Of a DNA stretch of 64,000 nt, positions 30,001 through 39,057 are shown in pieces (position 1 is the first letter of the stretch; the number at the start of each line of letters is the position of its first letter). Origin of the DNA: Eledone cirrhosa (Eukaryota); contig OZ024741.1 in assembly GCA_964016885.1 (NCBI GenBank), positions 149,544,001 to 149,608,000 on the forward strand. Reading direction: 5' to 3'. Below the pieces are notes generated by a model. The model was not told the DNA's origin and searched no databases. It saw only the letters and a list, made by a program, of their open reading frames with translations. The position numbers and the translations under genes are program-made.

Positions 30001-31335
30001 AGGAGATTATAACAGAGAGGGAGGAGTAGATTATAACAGAGGATGGAAGAGTAGATTATAACAGAGGGTGGAGGAGTAGATTATAAGAGAGGGTGGAGGA
30101 GTAGATTATAACAGAGGGTGGTGTAGTAGATTATAACAGAGGGGGAGGAGTAGATTGTAACAGATGGGGGGAGGAGGAGATTATAACAGATGGGGGGAGG
30201 AGTTGATTATAAGAGAAGGTGGAGGAGTAGATTATAACAGATGGGGGGAGGAGGAGATTATAACAGAGAGGGAGGAGTAGATTATAACAGAGGGTGGTGT
30301 AGTAGATTATAACAGAGGGGGAGGAGTAGATTGTAACAGATGGGGGGAGGAGTAGATTATAACAGATGGGGGGAGTAGTAGATTATAACAGAGGGTGGAG
30401 TAGTAGATTATAACAGGGTGGAGGAGTAGATTATAACAGAGAGGGAGGAGTAGATTATAACAGATGGGGGGAGGAGTTGATTATAAGAGAGGGTGGAGGA
30501 GTAGATTATAACAGATGGGGGGAGGAGGAGATTATAACAGAGAGGGAGGAGTAGATTATAACAGAGGATGGAAGAGTAGATTATAACAGAGGGTGGAGGA
30601 GTAGATTATAAGAGAGGGTGGAGGAGTAGATTATAACAGAGGGTGGTGTAGTAGATTATAACAGAGGGGGAGGAGTAGATTGTAACAGATGGGGGGAGGA
30701 GGAGATTATAACAGATGGGGGGAGGAGTTGATTATAAGAGAAGGTGGAGGAGTAGATTATAACAGATGGGGGGAGGAGGAGATTATAACAGAGAGGGAGG
30801 AGTAGATTATAACAGAGGGTGGTGTAGTAGATTATAACAGAGGGGGAGGAGTAGATTGTAACAGATGGGGGGAGGAGTAGATTATAACAGATGGGGGGAG
30901 TAGTAGATTATAACAGAGGGTGGAGTAGTAGATTATAACAGGGTGGAGGAGTAGATTATAACAGAGAGGGAGGAGTAGATTATAACAGAGGGTGGTGTAG
31001 TAGATTATAACAGAGGGGGAGGAGTAGATTGTAACAGATGGGGGGAGGAGTAGATTATAACAGAGGGTGGAGTAGTAGATTATAACAGAGGGTGGAGTAG
31101 TAGATTATAACAGGGTGGAGGAGTAGATTATAACAGAGAGGGAGGAGTAGATTATAACAGAGGGTGGTGTAGTAGATTATAACAGAGGGGGAGGAGTAGA
31201 TTGTAACAGATGGGGGGAGGAGTAGATTATAACAGAGGGTGGAGTAGTAGATTATAACAGGGTGGAGTAGTAGATTATAACAGGGTGGAGTAGTAGATTA
31301 TAACAGGGTGGAGGAGTAGATTATAATAGGGAGGC
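1..31335. repeat. Large G-rich tandem satellite/minisatellite, consensus AGATTATAACAGAGGGTGGAGGAGT (25 bp; variants ~21-28 bp), roughly 1250 units, open at the window start
   Basis: A near-invariant core GTAGATTATAACAG alternates with a small set of G-rich linkers (AGGGTGGAGGA, ATGGGGAGGA, ATGGGGGGAGGA, AGGGTGGAGTA, CTGGGGGGAGGA). The ORF track lists nothing here. The array ends abruptly at ~31335 after several shortened 23-bp units. Confidence 0.99.
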
Positions 31336-31934
31336 TTTCTCATTGGTTTGTATGGGGTGAGGAAGATCTTTAGATAGATAGAATTTGGACTTGCAACCAT
31401 GTAATCAGTAAAAAACAATATCTTAACCCTCTCAAGCACAGAATTGAATGATTGCTAGACATGTGGTCTCCTGCATAGTACTAGTAAGTGAAATTTTATC
31501 TGTAGATGGAGTTTCCATTATGATTTAGCCAGAGTAAAAATTTAATTGATCAAGTAGACATTGTACTGGTTAAGCATTTACGAGATTTTCAGTTCAATTC
31601 TTGCTACAAGCATCTTGCTGTATCACTACGTAGAATAGTTTCATCTACATTGCTTCACTTCTCCTAGCTGTTAGAGACAGTTGCCATGAGATAAATTTGT
31701 TTATACTGGCCAGTTATCCTTGTTTCTCCAGCAGCAACCTAGTATATTCAACAACGAATCCAGGTTTCATTGCCTGGCAAGCTGAAGATCACAAGCTGCT
31801 GAAATATCAATTGCATTCCAATAGGTCTGACGTTGAACCTATCATAGTGGTGACTTCCTCTGAAATAATGCTTTCTCTATTCTGTCCTCTCGAGCCATTA
31901 AGTGGCATATACCTGTGTTGTGCATGTGCATGTT

Positions 31935-32178
31935 GGAGAGAGTTCTACATTGCCCAGGCATATATCATTGTGATAGCAATGGTAGTGGGCTGTGTATTAG
32001 GAGAGTGTTCTCCCACATTGCCCAGGCATATATCATTGAGATAGCAATGGTAGTGGACTGTGCATTAGGAGAGTGTTCGCCCACATTGTCCAGACATGTA
32101 TCATTGAGATAGCAATGGTAGTGGGCTGTGTATTAGGAGAGTGTTCTTCCACATTGTTCAGGTGGTGGGCTGTGTATT
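31935..32178. repeat. 68-bp tandem repeat, ~3.5 copies
   Basis: GGAGAGTGTTCTCCCACATTGCCCAGGCATATATCATTGAGATAGCAATGGTAGTGGGCTGTGTATTA-like units start at ~31935, 32000, 32068 and 32136. Confidence 0.95.
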
Positions 32179-32470
32179 ATTTGTTTTATTTGTATTATTA
32201 TAATATATACTCTAGTGTAATAGCAACAAAAAAAAACCCAGTAATTGTAATTATAGTAGTTACAGTAATACTAATAACAAGGGTAATACATATTTACATG
32301 TAAGGCTCTCGGCCCATCTGTGGGGATCAATACCTCCACTTGAGTACCAACCTGGTCTGCTGATGACTCAGACGTTAAATGATGATGATGTATACATGGT
32401 AGGCATGTACAACAAAATAACTATGGATGTACATTGGTCCCCCATTCCGTTAATACAAGGAAACTTAGAT

Positions 32471-32716
32471 TTAACCCTTTTGTTATCGTATTTCTAACAA
32501 AATACAAAGTCTACACATTTCAATTAGTTTTGAAAATAATCAAAAGTTTGGAGGAATTTAATAAAATAACTTCATTCGCAAGCTGATGTTTAGAACATTA
32601 CTTAACAAATATTTCTTAAATAAAAATATGATGGAAAGTATAAACAATTTAAAATGTACATGTTTGTTAAAATGAAACCAGAGCAGTTTCAAGCAGGCTG
32701 GTCACAAAAGAGTTAA
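32471..32716. mobile_element. AT-rich MITE with TTAA target duplication (piggyBac-like termini)
   Basis: TTAA|CCCTTTTGTTA ... TCACAAAAGAG|TTAA gives imperfect TIRs. The internal sequence recurs at ~47.0-47.4, 60.2-60.5 and 62.2-62.6 kb. Confidence 0.7.
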
Positions 32717-32993
32717 CAACCTTCTCACCCATTTAGGAACCAAATAGAAATATTTGCCTTTTGTGTACACATATACAAGACCACATTGTATCAACTAGTC
32801 TAAACAGAAGAACACAATGGTTGAGGTGCAATATAGGATGTACCATTAACCGGGATTTAAAGAAACATTATCTCAAAACCAAGGTGTTCAAATAGAGAGT
32901 AAACTTAGGGATAGATTGGTACACTGGTTCTCACATGACTCACTTTTGGTTCCAAGACATTTTTCAACCAAATTCAATAACTGCTTCCACTGG

Positions 32994-33987
32994 CAAGCTA
33001 AACATATTGAGAGACTGGATGCTGGATGCTTGGAATTGAAATGGGCACCGCCAAGCGTTTCTAAGGCCCATTAAAATACCATGTTGGATATACAGACAAA
33101 CATCTAGAGTGGCACTCTAACGACTAGCTGCAACAGTTGCAGAAACTTGATTAATTGATTATTGGTATTACTGTAACTATTATTATTATTATGTAAACAT
33201 GTATTGTTATTAGTATTACTATAAAAAGAATTGGGCAGCGAAATGAAAGAATTATTATAATGTCAAATAAAATGTTTTGTGGTATTTGTTCCGGTTCCTA
33301 CACTCTGAATTCAAAACATGCCAAGGTTAACTTTGCCTTTCGTATTTTTCAGGTCGATAAAAAAAGTATTAGTCTTGTACTCAGGTCGATTCTTCCTCTA
33401 TGTCGTTTTCTCATTTCTCTCCTCTGGAAGAAATTGACTGTGTTGAAGCCTAAAACTCCATCAGGATTTACGGATACATACATACAAACATGTCATTAAT
33501 AACTATTGTATCAACTAGTCCATAGGGAACAAAACAATTTGAACTTCTGGTCTTTCAGTAATGTATATATGTAGTGATAAACCTGGGAACTTTAAATCAG
33601 GAGGAGCCCATCTACTCTCTTGGTCTGAACACAGAGAAGTGTGTGATAGAAAGGAACTAAGAGATATAGAGGAATAATAATAATACTTTTTTTATCGGCC
33701 TTGAAAAGATGAGAGGGAATGTTGATCTCAGGAGGATTTGAACTGAAAGTGCAGGGGCCGGAGCGAATACTGCAAAAAAACATTCCATCAAACGTTCTAA
33801 CGACTCTGCCAATTTGCCGCTTCCACAGTATGTATAAATGACTAATTTTAATCTTTCAATCAATATGTACGTACCGTGGATTGGCAGTATCGATAGAGCG
33901 TCGGACAACCTGCTTTGCAGCATAGAGTTATGGTCCTTTACGGTCTGAGGTCAAATCCCATCGAGGTTAACTTTACCTTTCATCCTT
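32994..33987. repeat. Longer copy of a local segmental duplication (32994-33218 and 33542-33987 recur at 36565-37227)
   Basis: Near-identical sequence by direct reading; the ORF track lists the same 63-aa and near-identical 88-aa ORFs 3240 bp apart. Confidence 0.95.
33668..33822 (-). mobile_element. SINE-like dispersed repeat copy (degenerate)
   Basis: Reverse-strand match to the family motif GTTCAAATCC...TCATC...GATAAAA. Confidence 0.6.
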
Positions 33988-34075
33988 ACGAGGTCGATAA
34001 AATAAAGTACCAGTAATGCACTGGAAATAATTGCTGGCCTTGTGCCAAAAGTAGAAAGAATTATTACTATTATTA
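33875..34075 (+). mobile_element. SINE-like dispersed repeat copy
   Basis: TTGGCAG..CGATAGAGCGTCGG head, GTCAAATCC B-box-like motif, body CCTTTCATCCTTACGAGGTCGATAAAATAAAGTACCAGT, (ATT)n tail. Confidence 0.75.
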
Positions 34076-34464
34076 CTACGGGAACGATAAGCTAGTATAA
34101 ACAAAATGTATTTTAAATTTCGTATAGTAGATACAAAGTTTCGAGTAACACAATAGAAGTGGAGAGGACAATTTTGAAATGTTTACCGATGTCAGGAAGG
34201 CCTCCTTTGTTTGATGTATATCATTTCGATAAAATAAATACCAGTTATATACAGTAATTCATTCTAACGTTCGATTACACCTCTATCATCCACTATAAAA
34301 TTTTCCATTGAAGGAGCCTATACAAGGTCGCTCTACTTCCTCAAGAAGTCGCCTTAAAGAATTAATGTACATACTGGTCAATGTGGTACAGAAGACTATT
34401 CCTATAAAAAAAATAGATGGGATGGTCATAGCTGGAATGCCTTTCATTATAGTTGTGCATAGGG

Positions 34465-34665
34465 CTGTAGATTGGCAGGATCGGTAGAACGTCGAATAAC
34501 ATGTTTTACGTTCTGAGTTCAAATCCCGCTGAGGTTAGCTTAGCCTTTCATCCTTACGTGGTCGATAAAATAAGGCATCAGTAATGCACTGGGGTCGATT
34601 CAATCGACTTCCCCCTCCCCTTCAAATTACTGGCCTAGTGCCTAAAGTAGAAACAATTATAGTTA
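34465..34665 (+). mobile_element. SINE-like dispersed repeat copy
   Basis: Same family; GAGTTCAAATCCC B-box-like motif and internal palindrome GTCGATTCAATCGAC. Confidence 0.75.
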
Positions 34666-34711
34666 TGCTTAATCTGAGTAAACAACATTCTATTTGAAAC
34701 TTTAGCAAAAT

Positions 34712-34896
34712 AATTGTTTCTACTTTTGGCACAAGGCCAGAAATTATCCAGTGCATTACTGGTACTTTATTTTATCGACCCCGTAAGGATGAAAGGCAAA
34801 GTTAACCTCAGCGGGATTTGAACTCAGAATGGCAAGGGCCGTAACTCTATACGTCAAAGCATGGCGTCTGACCCTCTACCGATACTGCCAATCGAC
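34712..34896 (-). mobile_element. SINE-like dispersed repeat copy, inverted relative to 33875-34075 and 34465-34665
   Basis: Its reverse complement closely matches 33875-34065, including the same internal deletion. Confidence 0.8.
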
Positions 34897-35417
34897 TAGC
34901 AAAATAATGATTTCTAACTTAGTCAGTTGTGAATATGAGGCAATCGATTAAATCAACCTATTGCTTTTGATGATGAGTGTCCCATGACGAGCAAGTGACT
35001 GAGTATTGTACAAGGATATTATGGTATATGACACTTGCCCATGATGCCACACAGTGAGATCGAATCCGAGATGGTATGCTGCGTCCATAGATCGACCCAG
35101 TACTTACTTGGTTAATAAATCCCATCACGACCAGCGTAACCTTTCATCTCTCTGTGGTAAATATATAACCAGAGATGTACTGAGTCGATTTTATATTCCC
35201 ATAATTGCATCCTAAATATGAATTGATAATAGAAGAAAACAGTGGAATGATTAACGGCAAAGTAGACTCGGTGAGATTTTGAACACACACCTTAAAGTAA
35301 CTTAATTAAATATCACCTACTTAAATTAATGGCTTTATCGACTCCGGAAGCATAAAAACATAAGCGAAAAAGTTGCCCTCGTCTTAATTTTCAACTACAA
35401 AATATAATTATACTCAC

Positions 35418-35609
35418 GCCTCCTCCGCTCAGCCCGCCGATTCCATCAAAACGACGCCCAATACCATTGGTTTGATCGATATTGTAGACATGGGAACTTG
35501 ATGCCGTTGATGTGGTCAACAAGAATGACCACAATACAAACAACAGCGGACACAAACGATAGTTCGATCTATGGTAACCACTTTGTACACTGTTAACTAG
35601 AGATGACAT
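35418..35609 (-). CDS. GALC: Galactocerebrosidase (GH59), first coding exon; later exons not found in the window
   Basis: MSSLV...LCPLLFVLWSFLLTTSTA (signal-peptide-like) then YNIDQTNGIGRRFDGIGGLSGGG, matching human GALC [23 protein letters not shown]. A phase-0 GTGAGTA donor at 35417 follows SGGG, where human exon 1 also ends. The start codon choice (35609 versus 35699) is inferred. Confidence 0.9.
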
Positions 35610-35852
35610 GCTTTGAGCTCGTAAACGTAAATCAGCAAACACGAAAGTGGTTATAAAGTTGATAGAAAACCAGAGAGGCAATGATATAGATATGTTCATA
35701 TAGATATTGTATGTTTATATATGTGTAGATATTAATCGTTCAGATAGCAATCATGCATTTATCTATAAGTATGTGTGTGCGAGAGAAAGAGAATAAAAAA
35801 GATTGTAAACAAACGGATATGTGCGCGTATACTAGTGTCTCGTGAGTGTAGA

Positions 35853-36293
<441 letters not shown>

Positions 36294-36564
36294 ATGTGTG
36301 TTTTTGACTGTGTGTAAACTTTGAGCTTAATCTAAAATCTAACCTATCACATCTCCCGCCATAAATTTCTGAATACTTACAATAGTTTCGATAATTTAAT
36401 TTCTTCCGCGATATAATAATTGATAATTTAATTAGAATGACACCAATAACAAAATGCTTCTTTAAGCATTCTTTCACATAGTCATGTTTACATAAAGGTT
36501 ACAGTCGTAGTAGTTGTTGCTGATGTTTAGCACCAGGTCACCGGTGATTGAGCAAGCTTATGAT

Positions 36565-37260
36565 CAAGCTAAACATATTGAGATGCTGGATGCTTGGAAT
36601 TGAAATGGGCACCGCCAAGCGTTTCTAAGGCCCATTAAAATACCATGTTGGATATACAGACAAACATCTAGAGTGGCACTCTAACGACTAGCTGCAACAG
36701 TTGCAGAAACTTGATTAATTGATTATTGGTATTACTGTAACTATTATTATTATTATGTAAACATGTATTGTTATTAGTATTAACTTCTGGTCTTTCAGTA
36801 ATGTATATATGTAGTGATAAACCTGGGAACTTTAAATCAGGAGGAGCCCATCTACTCTCTTGGTCTGAACACAGAGAAGTGTGTGATAGAAAGGAACTAA
36901 GAGATATAGAGGAATAATAATAATACTTTTTTTATCGGCCTTGAAAAGGTGAGAGGGAATATTGATCTCAGGAGGATTTGAACTGAAAGTGCAGGGGCCG
37001 GAGCGAATACTGCAAAAAAACATTCCATCAAACGTTCTAACGACTCTGCCAATTTGCCGCTTCCACAGTATGTATAAATGACTAATTTTAATCTTTCAAT
37101 CAATATGTACGTACCGTGGATTGGCAGTATCGATAGAGCGTCGGACAACCTGCTTTGCAGCATAGAGTTATGGTCCTTTACGGTCTGAGGTCAAATCCCA
37201 TCGAGGTTAACTTTACCGTTCATCCTTGGTTAACTTTACCTTTCATATGACACTTGCCCA
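36565..37260. repeat. Rearranged second copy of the local duplication
   Basis: 36565-36782 matches 32994-33218; 36782-37227 matches 33542-33987; short re-copied pieces follow to ~37260. Confidence 0.92.
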
Positions 37261-37850
37261 TATATGTGTGTGTATGTACGTTCTGGATTCAAATTTACCT
37301 GTTATCTTTCCGTTGTCGATAAAATAAAGTACCAGGCAAGTACACTATAAGTACCATGAACTCTATGAGGTTCCTTTACAAACCCATGTATCTCTGCTAT
37401 TTATAAACATCGTCCACCGAAACCATCCTGCATGTACTACTTCAATGGAGACCCCAAACTCACTTATCATTGCCAGCACCCAGCAATATTACCTAACTGT
37501 AAACTCGAAATAGTCCTGAACTTTCTTAATGCCAAGGCTATGACAAAAACACTGTATCAATGATGTCCTATCAAATCCTTGTCCAACTACATGTGCCAAT
37601 AGTCTCTTAAACTCTTCTGTAAAAACATATATATATATATATCATTTCTGAATTTGTTTGGCAAGATTCTTTATCTGAAATCGTGTGTTGAAACCGATAT
37701 TGTTATACTTTGGGAGGGTCATGTTGCCAATAAGAAACACACGTACCAGTTGCTTTCACTTCAATTTATTATAATAAATTTATAAATTTAGGAATTTATA
37801 AATTTCTGGTTGGTTGGTTGGTTCCACAACCAGATAGTTGTTTATATATT

Positions 37851-37893
37851 GTCAAAGTTCTTTCGTCACACATTCTGTGACCTCTTCAGTGAC
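37851..37893 (-). ncRNA. Minimal type I hammerhead-ribozyme-like motif (Penelope-type)
   Basis: The minus strand reads GUCA-CUGAAGA-G-GUCACA-gaaug-UGUGAC-GAAA-G-aa-CUU-UGAC: both core boxes, 4-bp stem I, 6-bp stem II, 2-bp stem III and an NUH site. There is one extra G at the stem II base. Confidence 0.65.
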
Positions 37894-37962
37894 TGGGGAT
37901 TCTTTTCTTTGTTTTTGTGTCTCTCCTTTGTTCTGTCCTACGCCATTTTGTTTCTGTGTGTG

Positions 37963-38159
37963 TGTTGACCGGAAGGGTGCTCGACCGGAAGGGCCAGCAG
38001 GTTTGCCTCTCTCTAGGGTGGTCAGCGAACGTGGTGGACGTCAGTTTTGGAGCTCCCGGTTAACGAGTTGGATTGTACGCACGTGGGAGAGGAGAAACCA
38101 GCCATTGGATTAGCGGTGCCAGCGATAAGCGGTAAGTGAAGTAGCTTTTTCTAACCACA
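37963..38159 (+). repeat. 5' LTR
   Basis: Near-identical to 41734-41916; ends TTTCTAACCACA; carries a ~24-bp segment absent from the 3' LTR. Confidence 0.9.
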
Positions 38160-38308
38160 AGCTATTTCGGCACTGGAAACTAGATCTGATTGATAAAAAT
38201 AAAAAAAGAACTTTCTCGAAAACAAAGCTACTGGAAAAACAGAGAGGAGTCTGTTGTTTTTTATTACTTACCGCAGGACAAAATTAGGATATGGCGACGA
38301 GATTACGA

Positions 38309-39055
38309 ATGAGCGGATAAGCGATTAGAGCATTTACCGGTGAAGGCGATGTTGTTGCTTGGCTGTGAAAAGTCCGGCTGGTTGCAAGCTTACAGAAGAT
38401 AGAAGATGTGGCTGGCCTCATGGCACTGTACCTCGAGGGGGGATGCGTTGACACTCTTCCTAGAGATGGAGGAACACAGCCAAAGGGATGCACAAAAGAT
38501 TGGGAGGCGTATGATGGAAGCGTACACGGAAGGACCGTTAGCCGCTTTTGCTAAGCTGGCAAGGATTAGATGGAACGGTGAACGCGTTGACATTTTCGCA
38601 GCGGAAATACGACGATTGGCCATGTTGGCTGGATATCAGGTGGAATGCGAATGAACGGTGCAGTTGGCGTTCATAAATGGATTTCCAGACGACATAGCGG
38701 TCAAACTGCAGCAAGTCCCGAGTTACAAGGAAATGGAGATGCGTGCACTGGTGGATAAGCCCGCATCATAGAAGAAGATGCCAAGAAGAGTGTCGCGACG
38801 ATAGCAATGACAGAGGCCCAAGGCAGCCGGCAGCGAAATGGTGAAAGGGAAGCAACCACGGCACGCGGTCGACCGCGAACGTTTGGAGGTCGCTGTTTTA
38901 GGTGCCAGGGCCCGCACAAGGCGAGAGACTGTAGAGAGTAAAGGCCGGACAAAATATGCTACCGGTGTAAGCGACCAGGCCACATCGCTACTAGCTGCGA
39001 CCAGGGAAACGATCCAAGGGGAACTACTGCGCCGGTAGTTGCCCCTTATGAGTAG
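38309..39055 (+). pseudogene. gag (disrupted) with two zinc knuckles
   Basis: AFTGEGDVVAWL...; CFRCQGPHKARDC and CYRCKRPGHIATSC at ~38893-38998; internal stops; TAG at 39053. Confidence 0.85.
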
Positions 39056-39057
39056 AG

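Noticed and set aside
1-31335. CRISPR-like constant repeat plus variable spacer appearance
   Set aside because: Linkers are only ~6-13 nt, are mutational variants of one another and recur hundreds of times; no cas genes; eukaryotic context.
1-31335. Repetitive protein-coding region or telomeric repeat
   Set aside because: Mixed unit lengths shift frame, TAG/TAA occur in every plus-strand unit, the track lists no ORF, and there are no TTAGGG runs.
31697-32303. Three overlapping ORFs
   Set aside because: Mostly products of the 68-bp tandem repeat; no recognisable domain.
33592-33923. Duplicated 63-aa and 88-aa ORFs (also 36832-37163)
   Set aside because: They span SINE-like sequence within the duplication; identity reflects recency, not coding constraint.
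34330-34402. Minus-strand AAG|GCG ACT TCT (ATS) as GALC exon 2
   Set aside because: Followed immediately by TGA with no further GALC similarity.
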